From Paracoccaceae bacterium (GTDB lineage: Bacteria > Pseudomonadota > Alphaproteobacteria > Rhodobacterales > Rhodobacteraceae): a stretch of 64,000 nt of DNA. The translations under genes were made by a program, and so were the position numbers. Positions 8,113 to 17,610 of this stretch are shown piece by piece. Within the stretch, counting starts at the first letter, position 1, and each line of letters starts with the position of its first letter. The notes under the pieces are model-generated. The model was not told where the DNA came from and made no database searches. It was given only the letters and a program-made list of their open reading frames with translations. Location of the stretch: positions 12,655 to 76,654 of the forward strand of contig JAXMNQ010000027.1 in the NCBI GenBank assembly GCA_034670345.1, read 5' to 3'.

Positions 8113-9727
8113 TGCTCCAAGGGCCTTTTGTCTGGCCTTGTTGATCGTGCCGGCCGTCACCGAGGCCGCGACACATGGGCTGGTCGTGGGGGTCAGCGAC
8201 TATGCCGCCTATCCGCCTTATTCCGAGGATGCCGCGCTTGGCACCTCCTACGACCTTTTGGGCGCTGCCAATGATGCCAGACTGATCGCTCAGGCCATGC
8301 GCGACAACGGCATCCTGCTGCCTGACACGCGTTTGTTGATCGACGGCGCCGCAACGAAAGCGGGATTCCTCGCGGCCTGGAGCGCCATGCTGGAGGCGGC
8401 ACAGAAGGGCGACACTCTGGTCGTGACATTCGCCGGTCACGGCGGGCAGGAGCGCGAAGCCGCCGAGCCATTGGATGAAGCGGACCGGCGCGACGAGATG
8501 GTGATGTTTCACGATTTCGATCCCGACGTGCCGGGCATCGGCCGTCTCAACGACGACGAACTCAATGCGCTGTTTCGCGCCGCGGAGGGGTACGAGATTG
8601 TCTGGGTTGCCGACAGCTGCCATTCAGGCGGGCTGGAACGCTCGGCCGGGCGCACCCTGTCGCGCTTTGGCGGCCTATTTGACGGGCTGCCTGACCCGGC
8701 TCTTGCCGCCGCGCCTCTTGGCGAGGGCGACGAGAGCAAGCGCGACGGCGCCGACACCGCGCTGGCGCATGTGACGCAGATACTCGCCACGGCAAGCGAG
8801 AGTTTCCTTGTCGAGGAAGTCCAGATAGATGGCGAGATGCATGGCGCTCTGTCTTGGTATTTCGCCAAAGCGCTGGCGGGCGCGGCGGATGACGATGGCG
8901 ACGGCGTGACCACCCGGGCGGAACTGTCGGCTTTTCTGGACGTGCGGGTCTTTACGCGGATGAACCAGACCCAGCAGCCGCGGATCCTGCCACGAGGCGA
9001 CGCGCGCGCCTTTCTGGGGGCCGCGAACAAGGCCGACCTGCCGTCCCGGCCAAAGCCTGTCGACCCGCCCAAACCCGATGACCGGCTGCCCGTCACTGTG
9101 ATCGGCACGCCGCCGCCGGGTCTTGAACCCGAGCGTGTCAGGCTTGTCGATCTGGGAGCGCCGCTTGTTTTCGAGGAAATGGCGCCCGGACGCTGGGACG
9201 TGCGGAACGGGACCGGGGACAGGATCACCGAGATCGACGTGACCGGCAATCCGAAAGCCATCCTTTACGGGTTGCCGCAGAGTGCCGCGCCCCTTGTGGC
9301 CCGGACCGAAGCGGTTCTGGCGCTGACCGAGCTGTCCGCCACCGGCCCGGATGCGCCCCGTGTCCGTTTGGCCAGTGGCGGGTCGCTGATGCATCTGGGG
9401 GACAGGATAAATGTGAGCTTCGAGAGTATCGCGTCGCAGCGTCCTTATCTGACGTTCTTCAACATCGCTTCGACTGGCGAGGTGCAATTCCTGCATCCTG
9501 CAACCGGCGACGGGAAAATGCCCGGGGACGTGTTCAGGATCGAATTCGACGTTGTCCGGCCGGTTGGTACGGATACCCTGATCGCGCTCCTGTGCCCGAC
9601 CCCGCCACAGGACCTGCGTGAGATATTGGACGACCTCGACGGCCAGATTGTGTCTCCCTTGCTGTGGGCAGCAATCTCGGACAGCGCCTGCCAAACGGCC
9701 TTGACCGGAGTCTACACCGCCGAATAG
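8099..9727 (+). CDS. Secreted caspase/metacaspase-family (C14) protein with a C-terminal DUF4384-like beta domain
   Basis: Signal peptide; LVVGVSDY, LLGAANDA, TFAGHG (His), VADSCHSG (Cys), HGALSW; EF-hand-like DDDGDGVTTRAE; C-terminal YLTFFNIASTGEVQFLHP..PVGTDTLIAL. Overlaps the OmpA gene stop. Confidence 0.85.
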   Translation: MPIIDAPRAFCLALLIVPAVTEAATHGLVVGVSDYAAYPPYSEDAALGTSYDLLGAANDARLIAQAMRDNGILLPDTRLLIDGAATKAGFLAAWSAMLEAAQKGDTLVVTFAGHGGQEREAAEPLDEADRRDEMVMFHDFDPDVPGIGRLNDDELNALFRAAEGYEIVWVADSCHSGGLERSAGRTLSRFGGLFDGLPDPALAAAPLGEGDESKRDGADTALAHVTQILATASESFLVEEVQIDGEMHGALSWYFAKALAGAADDDGDGVTTRAELSAFLDVRVFTRMNQTQQPRILPRGDARAFLGAANKADLPSRPKPVDPPKPDDRLPVTVIGTPPPGLEPERVRLVDLGAPLVFEEMAPGRWDVRNGTGDRITEIDVTGNPKAILYGLPQSAAPLVARTEAVLALTELSATGPDAPRVRLASGGSLMHLGDRINVSFESIASQRPYLTFFNIASTGEVQFLHPATGDGKMPGDVFRIEFDVVRPVGTDTLIALLCPTPPQDLREILDDLDGQIVSPLLWAAISDSACQTALTGVYTAE

Positions 9728-9881
9728 GCGCAGGTGTCTGGTAAGCGTCTGGCCTGCCTGCCCTGCCGCGATTGCCCAAACTATAGTGTTTCGAGACATG
9801 CATGATGCATCGCGTGTTACGTAACGCCTTCGAATCCATGATTTCAGTCCGCGTTATGCAATTTCGTTTTCGGACAACGCT

Positions 9882-10895
9882 TTAGCTGGCGTTCAGGCGC
9901 TCCATCCTCGCCAGCACGTCCAGACCTTGCATGTTGAGGTAGTGCAGCATGTCGATGAAGATCCAGTTCTCGGCGAGCTTGCCATCCTGCGCGCGATACA
10001 TATCGACCACGCGCATATCCGCCGAAGCGCCCCCAGCGTGCATGCCCATGAAGCCACCGTCGTTCTGAAGCGTCAGGTTCGCCCATCCGAAGAAGCCGCC
10101 GAAATTGCCCTCGGCCAGCTTGCATAGGTGGCCATTGAACACGCGCGTCCGGGCGAAAGCCTCGACGAAGGGCTCGGCGTGCTGCTTCATGTATCGCTCG
10201 ATTGTATAGGTCGCGCCAATCCCGGCGGGCCCCCACCAGATCATGTCGTCGTGCCAGGATTCCTGCAGATCGGCGCGCCGTCCTTCTTCGGTCTGCATTC
10301 GGGTCCGGGTGCTGAGCTGGTTGACCATGAAGTTGATCGCGGCCAGTGTCGCCTTGCCCTGCTCAGGGTCTTGCGCACCATACATGACGCCCTGATGCGT
10401 CATCGGCCCGGGCTGCACCAGATGTGCCCCGGTTTGCGGCGGGAAGGGGTTCTGGCCCGCCTGGATCATGACGGCGGGGATGTCGCAGAACATGGCGGTT
10501 TCGGTGATCTTGCCGTTCTCGACCTTGTTGAACTCGACGTAGCGCAGCATCGTGATGCGCCGCGTCGGCCGAATGCCCAGCCAGGGACGATCGAACAGCC
10601 CCATCAGGTGCCCCATCGAGACCACCCAGACCGATTTGAAACCGTCGATCTCGTTCAGACCGGCGGCAAAGATGTCGGGGCGGCGCTGCAAGCTGGTCAT
10701 CGAGCGTTTCAGCGGTGTCCAGAAGACCTCCGCAACAGCCTGTGCGCCGTATTGTTCGTTGAAAGGGTGCATACCGCGCCAGTGCCAGTCCGGCGCGGTA
10801 TACTCACTCAGAACCTCGGCACAGTCATCGGCAGAGGCCTGGGCCAGCGCGTCATGATAATTGCGCACAACCTGTTTCTCGTTCTGGTAGTCCAT
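9882..10895 (-). CDS. Two-domain SnoaL/NTF2-like (ester cyclase family) protein
   Basis: Two SnoaL-like repeats: WLGIRPT..VENGKITE and WWGPAGIG..FMGM..DGKLAENW. Start set at MDYQNEK. Confidence 0.8.
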   Translation of the reverse strand: MDYQNEKQVVRNYHDALAQASADDCAEVLSEYTAPDWHWRGMHPFNEQYGAQAVAEVFWTPLKRSMTSLQRRPDIFAAGLNEIDGFKSVWVVSMGHLMGLFDRPWLGIRPTRRITMLRYVEFNKVENGKITETAMFCDIPAVMIQAGQNPFPPQTGAHLVQPGPMTHQGVMYGAQDPEQGKATLAAINFMVNQLSTRTRMQTEEGRRADLQESWHDDMIWWGPAGIGATYTIERYMKQHAEPFVEAFARTRVFNGHLCKLAEGNFGGFFGWANLTLQNDGGFMGMHAGGASADMRVVDMYRAQDGKLAENWIFIDMLHYLNMQGLDVLARMERLNAS

Positions 10896-11036
10896 CTGTT
10901 TCTTGTCCCCGACATTCAGCATGACGACGCGGGACCCCAAGCAGTCCCTCCGGTTGTCATGCATGCAATTCTGCGTTCGCGACCGCAGCCCTCAGGTCGA
11001 GGGCGCGACTCGCTCCATGCAGAACGAATCATATTT

Positions 11037-11050
11037 TGCAAACGAATGCC
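11037..11050. promoter_or_regulatory. Putative LacI-family operator 1 (TGCAAACGAATGCC)
   Basis: Near-palindrome TGCA-N2-CG-N2-TGCm with the central CG typical of LacI sites; lies in the divergent promoter region and matches the second copy at 11307. Confidence 0.6.
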
Positions 11051-11306
11051 ATTTGTTTCTGAACGGACGGCGGATGGGCTTCTGGTTGGCTATCCGGGCC
11101 AGATCTTGGTGCATAATTTTGAACAGAGCCACGAAACGCTATGCCGGGCAGATCGATTCTGTGTTTTTAAGTAACAAAAATAGAAAGTTAGAGGAGATAC
11201 CTCGAGGTTCGCCTTCAGAGGCGTCGTCGCTTGCCCTGCGGATTAATCCATCACGACGATTGAATCTGACCGAGATCCCAAGCGTGCCACACCAAAAGGG
11301 TTGAAT

Positions 11307-11320
11307 TGCAATCGAATGCA
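11307..11320. promoter_or_regulatory. Putative LacI-family operator 2 (TGCAATCGAATGCA)
   Basis: TGCA-N2-CG-N2-TGCA palindrome about 110 bp upstream of the binding-protein start. Confidence 0.65.
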
Positions 11321-11428
11321 GAATAGCACTGGAACATGGCTCATCGCCCCGCGCCGGAGCCCGAAATGCACAGCGGCAACCCCGCAGCCATCAAGCGATC
11401 GCAAAGTGATCCAACAGGAGAGAAACGA

Positions 11429-12670
11429 ATGACAGCGAAACTCCGTCTATCCGCGGCAACGGTCGCGCTCACCCTCGCGGCAGGTGCGGCCTTTTCTCAG
11501 GAGTGCAGCATCGAAGGCGAGGGCTCTGTCCGCATCCTTTCGAATGACTTTACCGCGCTGCACCTGATCGCCGAGCGCGCCGAGAGTTGTGCGTCGGACA
11601 AGGTCGAGGTGACCAAGAACCAGACGACCGAACACCGCAACATCCAGGTCGCCTCGCTGACCACGGACCCTGCGACCTACACGGTTGCCGTCATTGCCAA
11701 CAGCTCGCTTGTGCCGCTGCTGGGCGAGGGGCTGGTGCGTCCGCTGGACGATCTGGTGGAAAAATACGGCCAGCAGCTTTTGCCGCGCCAGCTGATCAAG
11801 ATCGACGGCAAGATCATGGCCATCGCGTTCATGGCGAACGCACAGCATTTCGTCTATCGCTCGGACGTGCTGGAAGAAAACGGAATCGAGGTGCCGACCA
11901 CCTACGAGGATCTTCTGGCGGCCTCGGACAAGCTCAAAGAGGCCGGGTATCCCAACCCGTTCCTGGCCAACTTCAAGTCCGGTTGGCATGTGGGCGAAGA
12001 GTTCGTGAACATGTATTTCGGCATGGGTGGCCAGTTCTTTGAGCCGGGCACCGCAATCGTCTCGATCGAAGGCGAAAAGGGCATCGCGACGCTGGAGATG
12101 CTGAAGGCATTGTCAGAGATCCACAATCCCGACTTCTCGACCTACGATACCAATGTGACCGGCCCGGCGTGGCTGGGGGGCGAGGGCGTCTTGATGACCC
12201 GCTGGGGCAGCGCGATGGGGGCCATGATCGACCCCGAAAGCGAAGCGCCTGAAGTCTCGGCCAACACCGCGCTGGCGGGCGCGCTGAAGGTCGGGGGTGG
12301 CGACACGCCGGCCTCGACCCTGTGGTGGGACGGTTTTGCCATTGCATCGAACATCAGCGATGCGGATGCGGCTGTCTCCTTCCAGGCAATGATGCACGGT
12401 ATTGCGCCGGAACTGGCGCAGGACAACGCCACGGCGGCGGCCTGGCTGATCGACGGATACGAGCCCACCGCCGCGGCAAAAGGTGTGTTTGCAACCGTCC
12501 AGGGTGGGGCAAAGCCCTATCCGATGACGCCCTACATGGGGCTGCTGCACACGGCCCTTGGCGACAATCTGGGTGAGTATCTTCAAGGCGTCGAAAGCGC
12601 CGAGCAAGCCCTTGCAGACACGGTTGCGGCCTATAATGCCGCCGCCAGGGAAGCTGGTTTCCTCGACTGA
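11429..12670 (+). CDS. ABC transporter substrate-binding protein (CUT1/SBP_bac_1 type)
   Basis: AGGAG RBS, signal peptide, YRSDVLEENGIEVPTTYEDL motif; first gene of the ABC operon. Confidence 0.9.
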   Translation: MTAKLRLSAATVALTLAAGAAFSQECSIEGEGSVRILSNDFTALHLIAERAESCASDKVEVTKNQTTEHRNIQVASLTTDPATYTVAVIANSSLVPLLGEGLVRPLDDLVEKYGQQLLPRQLIKIDGKIMAIAFMANAQHFVYRSDVLEENGIEVPTTYEDLLAASDKLKEAGYPNPFLANFKSGWHVGEEFVNMYFGMGGQFFEPGTAIVSIEGEKGIATLEMLKALSEIHNPDFSTYDTNVTGPAWLGGEGVLMTRWGSAMGAMIDPESEAPEVSANTALAGALKVGGGDTPASTLWWDGFAIASNISDADAAVSFQAMMHGIAPELAQDNATAAAWLIDGYEPTAAAKGVFATVQGGAKPYPMTPYMGLLHTALGDNLGEYLQGVESAEQALADTVAAYNAAAREAGFLD

Positions 12671-12679
12671 TTGAACGGT

Positions 12680-12708
12680 CTGGCCGGACGGTTTGCCCGT
12701 CCGGCCAG
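12680..12708 (+). terminator. Intercistronic stem-loop after the binding-protein gene (mRNA stabiliser or partial terminator)
   Basis: Perfect 12-bp stem CTGGCCGGACGG/CCGTCCGGCCAG with a 5-nt loop. Confidence 0.6.
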
Positions 12709-12797
12709 GCAAATTTCTGTCCTGACGGCGCTGCGCAGTTTTCGCCGAAGGATGTCTTGCGCCCAGGGTTTCCCTTCCACCGGACGAGGAGCGGACA

Positions 12798-13829
12798 ATG
12801 CCGCACAGAACTTTCCTTATGTTCATCCTGCCATCGCTGGTCGTGATGCTGCTCTTCATCGCCATGCCAATCATCTCGATTGCCTACCAGTCGTTGTTCA
12901 TCGAGCATGAACAAGTGATGATCGAGGTCGAAAACTCCGGCCCCTTCGGTACGACGGTCGAGCAGGTCGTTGACGCCGAGGCCATGAAGCTCTTGCGAGA
13001 GGAACAGCCCGCCGGGCGGTTCGTGGGGCTGCAGGCCTATTTCAACGGCAGTCACCTTGCGATTGGGGAGTTGGGTGAGATTTGGGCCGGCGCGGGCGGA
13101 TTAGGCGAAAAAATCGCGCGAACCTACAATCTGCCGTTCTACAAGGCGCTGTTCTTTACGCTGGCCTACACGGCGATCGTGACACCCTGCGCGATGGCGC
13201 TCGGGTTTTTCATCGCCCTCGGCGTGAACCTGGTTCCAAACGCGCTGCGCGGGTCGATCGTGTTCTTTTCCTTGTTGCCGATGATCGTCACGCCGCTGGT
13301 CGGGTCTCTGGTGCTGTTCTGGATGATCGATGCGCGCGGCATCCTGGGTTCAACGCTACAGGTGGTCTTTGAAGATCCGAACCTGTCGCTCAAGGCGTCG
13401 GCGGGGCTGACATGGGTCACGTTGTTCGTCTACGGCATCTGGCACGCGGCCCCCTTCGCCTTCATCGTATTTTTCGCCGGGCTTCAGGGCGTACCGAAGG
13501 ACACGCTGGAATCGGCGATGGTCGATGGTGCCAACAGGTGGGAGCGCATTCGCTTTGTCGTCGTCCCCTATCTGGCGCCGCTGGCAACCTTCGTGGCGCT
13601 GATCCAGTTGATGGACAATTTCAGGGTGTTCGAGCCGATCGTCGGTTTCTCCGCCGAAGCCAACGCGACGTCGCTGTCATACCTGATCTATTCGAACCTT
13701 CGTTCGGGCGAGGTGCCGCTGTTCGGTTCAGCCGCAGCAACCTCGATGCTGACGATCATTGGCGTGGCCGCGCTGCTGACGCCGGTGCTGATCCGGACCT
13801 ACCGCGAATTCACCCGCAAGAAGGCATGA
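12798..13829 (+). CDS. Carbohydrate ABC transporter permease
   Basis: Multiple TM helices; EAA-type loop LESAMVDGANRW. Confidence 0.92.
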   Translation: MPHRTFLMFILPSLVVMLLFIAMPIISIAYQSLFIEHEQVMIEVENSGPFGTTVEQVVDAEAMKLLREEQPAGRFVGLQAYFNGSHLAIGELGEIWAGAGGLGEKIARTYNLPFYKALFFTLAYTAIVTPCAMALGFFIALGVNLVPNALRGSIVFFSLLPMIVTPLVGSLVLFWMIDARGILGSTLQVVFEDPNLSLKASAGLTWVTLFVYGIWHAAPFAFIVFFAGLQGVPKDTLESAMVDGANRWERIRFVVVPYLAPLATFVALIQLMDNFRVFEPIVGFSAEANATSLSYLIYSNLRSGEVPLFGSAAATSMLTIIGVAALLTPVLIRTYREFTRKKA

Positions 13830-13839
13830 GGACCTGACC

Positions 13840-14721
13840 ATGAAACATACTGTTGTTGGCCGCTCACCCCTGCTTTTGCTGATCGCGCTGTTCCTTGTCG
13901 CGGTCTGGGTGTTCATCGCGGCATTCCCCTTTCTGTGGACGGCCTGGGGCTCGTTCAAGGTCGAGACCGATTTCTTCTCGCGCACCGACTGGATGAACGC
14001 GATCACCGGCCCCACGACTGAGCGTATTCACGGCAGCCCCTTCACGCTCGAAGCCTATGAGGGCGCGTGGATCGAGCAGGGCTTTTGGCGGGCGGTGGTC
14101 AATACCGCCATCGTCTGCCTGTTTGTTACCACGATTTCGCTGACCATCGGCACGCTTGGCGGCTATGCGCTATCGCGCTCGAACTTTCGCTATGCCTTCT
14201 GGCTGCTGATGCTGGCGCTGATCTTCCGGGCGATGCCGCATATCACGCTGGTCTCGGGCTACCTGTTGCCGTTCTTCGAATGGAACATCTGGGGTATCAT
14301 GCCCACGACCATCATCGTGATGATCGCCATGAACCAGCCGTTCACTTTGTGGATGCTTTACAGCTTCTTCAAGTCGATCCCGAAGGATCTGGATGAAAGC
14401 GCGCTGGTCGATGGATGTTCGCGGTTCCAGGCGTTCCGGCTGGCGGTGATCCCGGTGATGTGGCCGGGCGTGGTGACCACGGGGCTGTTCAGCTTCATGA
14501 TGGGCTACAACGACTTTACCGTCTCGTCGATGCTGCTCAGCGCGGACAACTACACGATGATCCCGAAGATCGAAAGCTTCATGGGGTCCACTCAGCAGGC
14601 AGGCAAGGTGATGTATGCGGTTGCGGCGGCGGTGTCGTCGATTGTCCCGCTCTTTGTGCTGGTGCTTTTCTTTCAACGTCAAATCGTCAGCGGCCTCACC
14701 GCTGGTGCCGTCAAAGGCTAG
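13840..14721 (+). CDS. Carbohydrate ABC transporter permease
   Basis: LDESALVDGCSRFQAF loop; C-terminal GLTAGAVKG. Confidence 0.92.
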   Translation: MKHTVVGRSPLLLLIALFLVAVWVFIAAFPFLWTAWGSFKVETDFFSRTDWMNAITGPTTERIHGSPFTLEAYEGAWIEQGFWRAVVNTAIVCLFVTTISLTIGTLGGYALSRSNFRYAFWLLMLALIFRAMPHITLVSGYLLPFFEWNIWGIMPTTIIVMIAMNQPFTLWMLYSFFKSIPKDLDESALVDGCSRFQAFRLAVIPVMWPGVVTTGLFSFMMGYNDFTVSSMLLSADNYTMIPKIESFMGSTQQAGKVMYAVAAAVSSIVPLFVLVLFFQRQIVSGLTAGAVKG

Positions 14722-14730
14722 GGGGTCACT

Positions 14731-15780
14731 ATGGCCGAGTTGCGTCTCAAGAATATCAACAAGCGCTGGGGGTCTTTCATCGGCGTCGAGAACTTCAACC
14801 TCGATATCGCCGATCAGGAGTTCCTGGTGCTGCTGGGGCCCTCGGGCTGCGGCAAGTCCACGACCATGCGGATGATTGCCGGGCTGGAGGACGTCACCGA
14901 TGGCGAAATCTGGCTGGGCGACCGCATGGTCAACAAGCTGGAGCCAAAGGATCGCGACGTGTCGATGGTGTTCCAGTCCTACGGGCTCTACCCAAACCTG
15001 TCGGTCTACGAGAACATCCGCTTCCCGCTGCGGGTCCGAAAGGTGCCCAAGGATCAGCACCACGAGATGGTGATGAAGGCCGTGCAGATGGTCGAGCTTG
15101 AGGACTTCATGGACCGCCGTCCGGCTGAGTTGTCGGGCGGTCAGCGCCAGCGTGTCGCGCTTGGACGCGCGATTGTCCGCAAGCCGACGGTCTTCCTGAT
15201 GGACGAGCCTTTGTCGAACCTTGATGCCAAGCTGCGCGTCAGCACGCGTGCGCAGATCAAGAACCTGCAATCGCGGCTCAAGACCACGACGGTCTATGTG
15301 ACCCACGACCAGATCGAGGCGATGACGCTGGCTGATCGGGTTGTGGTGATGAACGCGGGGCGGATCCAGCAGGTCGGAACGCCAACCGAGATCTACAACA
15401 ATCCCGCCAACACCTTTGTGGCGGCGTTCATCGGCTCACCTGCGATGAACCTCGTGGATGGAACCCTGTCCAACGGGGTCTTTGAACGGGCCGGCGTGCG
15501 GATCGAAGGGCTGCCAACCCATTTGAACGGCAAAATCACCCTTGGCTTCCGGGCCGAGGACGCAGAGGTCGCGACGGATGCCACACAACTGACCGCACCG
15601 ATCTATTCCATCGAATTGCTGGGTGAGGCCACGATGATTTCTTGGCGGCTGGGGGAGCAACTGGTCTCGGTCAAGACCGACAAGGAATACCGCGCAGAAA
15701 TCGGCGAAACCGTGTCAGCCCGCATTCCGGCGTCGATCTGCCACCTGTTCGATGCAGACACCGGCGAACGGATCGCATGA
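14731..15780 (+). CDS. ABC transporter ATP-binding protein (MalK/UgpC type)
   Basis: GPSGCGKS, LSGGQRQR, FLMDEPLSNLDAKLR, VTHDQ. Confidence 0.95.
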   Translation: MAELRLKNINKRWGSFIGVENFNLDIADQEFLVLLGPSGCGKSTTMRMIAGLEDVTDGEIWLGDRMVNKLEPKDRDVSMVFQSYGLYPNLSVYENIRFPLRVRKVPKDQHHEMVMKAVQMVELEDFMDRRPAELSGGQRQRVALGRAIVRKPTVFLMDEPLSNLDAKLRVSTRAQIKNLQSRLKTTTVYVTHDQIEAMTLADRVVVMNAGRIQQVGTPTEIYNNPANTFVAAFIGSPAMNLVDGTLSNGVFERAGVRIEGLPTHLNGKITLGFRAEDAEVATDATQLTAPIYSIELLGEATMISWRLGEQLVSVKTDKEYRAEIGETVSARIPASICHLFDADTGERIA

Positions 15781-16274
15781 TGTCGGCAGAAGAACACGCA
15801 TGGCAAAGCGCGGAAACGCTTGCTGCGGTCAAGCGCATGGAAGACGGGCTGGCCGCCCAGGAAAACGACATGGCGCAGTATTTCCACGAAGATTTCGTCT
15901 GGCGTGGCAATCAGGGCTGCGGGACCAAGAAGAGCCTCGCCGAGTTTCGCGAAAATTGGCAACTGCCCTTCAGGGTTGCCTTTACCGACCGCAACTACAA
16001 GACCGAAAAGTTCCTGGCCGATGGCGAATGGGCCGCTTGCTTTGGGCATATCGAGGCGACCCATAGCGGCACGTTCATGGGCGTGGCGCCCACCGGCAAG
16101 CGCGTGAAAATCCCCTACATGGATTTTTGGCGCGTTCAGGACGGGCGCATCGCCGACAATCCGGTTTCCGTCGATTTCGCATCCGTCATGGCTCAGCTGG
16201 GCGTCGATGTGTTCGGCGGTGAGGGCTGGGAGACATACGACCGGGGTGAAAAGACGCCCGCCAAACCGGAGTAA
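15777..16274 (+). CDS. Single-domain SnoaL-like ester cyclase family protein
   Basis: ATHSGTFMGVAPTGKRV..DFWRVQDGRIAD; ATGA overlap with the ATPase gene. Confidence 0.85.
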   Translation: MMSAEEHAWQSAETLAAVKRMEDGLAAQENDMAQYFHEDFVWRGNQGCGTKKSLAEFRENWQLPFRVAFTDRNYKTEKFLADGEWAACFGHIEATHSGTFMGVAPTGKRVKIPYMDFWRVQDGRIADNPVSVDFASVMAQLGVDVFGGEGWETYDRGEKTPAKPE

Positions 16275-16280
16275 TACCAG

Positions 16281-17609
16281 ATGGCAATTCAACAACTGAA
16301 ATCCGGCAAACCGGATACAGAGCGCGCCGAAGATGACGCGAAAGTCCGTACCATCGTCGAGCAGACGCTGGCCGAGATCGAAGACAGGGGCGACGCCGCG
16401 GTACGCGAGTTGAGCCAGAAATTCGACAACTATGCGCCCGAAAGCTTTCGCCTCAGCACCTCGCAAATCGAGGCGCTGATGAACGAAGTGTCTGACCGAG
16501 ACATGGCGGACATCCGCTTTGCGCAGGAACAGGTGCGCAACTTTGCACAGGCGCAGCGCGACTCGATGCAGGATATCGAGGTCGAAACGCTGCCCGGCGT
16601 CATCCTTGGCCACAAGAACATCCCCGTGCAGTCGGTGGGTTGCTACGTGCCGGGGGGCAAGTTTCCAATGGTCGCCTCGGCGCATATGTCGGTGGCCACG
16701 GCCTCGGTCGCGGGTGTGCCGCGCATCATCGCCGCCACGCCACCCTGGCAGGGCAAGCCGAACCCCGCCGTTGTCGCCGCCATGCATTTGGGCGGGGCGC
16801 ATGAGATTTATGTTCTGGGCGGCATTCAGGCGGTCGGCGCCATGGCCATCGGCACCGAGACGATTCATCCGGTGCATATGCTCGTCGGCCCCGGAAATGC
16901 CTTTGTGGCCGAGGCCAAGCGCCAGCTTTACGGCCGCGTCGGGATCGACCTGTTCGCAGGCCCGACCGAGACGATGGTGATTGCCGATGACACGGTGGAT
17001 GCCGAGCTTTGCGCCACCGACCTGCTGGGGCAGGCCGAGCACGGCTACAACTCGCCCGCCGCCCTGATCACCAATTCGCGCAATCTGGCCGAGGCGACGC
17101 TGCGCGAGATCGACCGGCTGCTGGACATCCTGCCCACCGCCGACACCGCCCGGGTCAGCTGGGAGGACTACGGTGATGTGATTCTGTGCGACAGCCACGA
17201 CGAGATGCTTAATCAGGCCAACGACATGGCCTATGAGCATGTGCAAGTGATGACGGACCGCGACGACTGGTTCCTCGAGAACATGCACAGCTACGGCGCG
17301 CTGTTCCTCGGGCCGCGCACCAATGTCGCCAATGGCGACAAGGTGATCGGCACCAACCACACGTTGCCCACGAAAAGGGCCGGGCGCTATACAGGCGGAC
17401 TTTGGGTGGGCAAGTATCTGAAAACCCACAGCTACCAAAGGATCACGACGGATGAGGCCGCGGCCATGATTGGCGAGTACGGCTCGCGTCTGTGCCTGCT
17501 CGAAGGTTTCGTCGGTCATGCCGAACAATGCAATATCCGGGTGCGCCGCTATGGCGGGCGCAATGTCGCCTACGGTCAGCCCGCTCAACCCCAAAAGGCC
17601 GCCGAATAA
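16281..17609 (+). CDS. Histidinol dehydrogenase homologue (HisD/HpsN family paralogue, probably catabolic)
   Basis: [65 protein letters not shown]. No his-operon context. Confidence 0.9.
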   Translation: MAIQQLKSGKPDTERAEDDAKVRTIVEQTLAEIEDRGDAAVRELSQKFDNYAPESFRLSTSQIEALMNEVSDRDMADIRFAQEQVRNFAQAQRDSMQDIEVETLPGVILGHKNIPVQSVGCYVPGGKFPMVASAHMSVATASVAGVPRIIAATPPWQGKPNPAVVAAMHLGGAHEIYVLGGIQAVGAMAIGTETIHPVHMLVGPGNAFVAEAKRQLYGRVGIDLFAGPTETMVIADDTVDAELCATDLLGQAEHGYNSPAALITNSRNLAEATLREIDRLLDILPTADTARVSWEDYGDVILCDSHDEMLNQANDMAYEHVQVMTDRDDWFLENMHSYGALFLGPRTNVANGDKVIGTNHTLPTKRAGRYTGGLWVGKYLKTHSYQRITTDEAAAMIGEYGSRLCLLEGFVGHAEQCNIRVRRYGGRNVAYGQPAQPQKAAE

Positions 17610-17610
17610 G

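Noticed and set aside
9816-9825. Palindrome GTTACGTAAC in an AT-richer gap
   Set aside because: It lies between convergent gene ends, is short and has no promoter context.
15603-17594. 663-aa minus-strand ORF (likewise 35801-38035, 3037-4593, 23888-25369 and 61154-62920)
   Set aside because: All are antisense to well-supported genes and have no recognisable domains.
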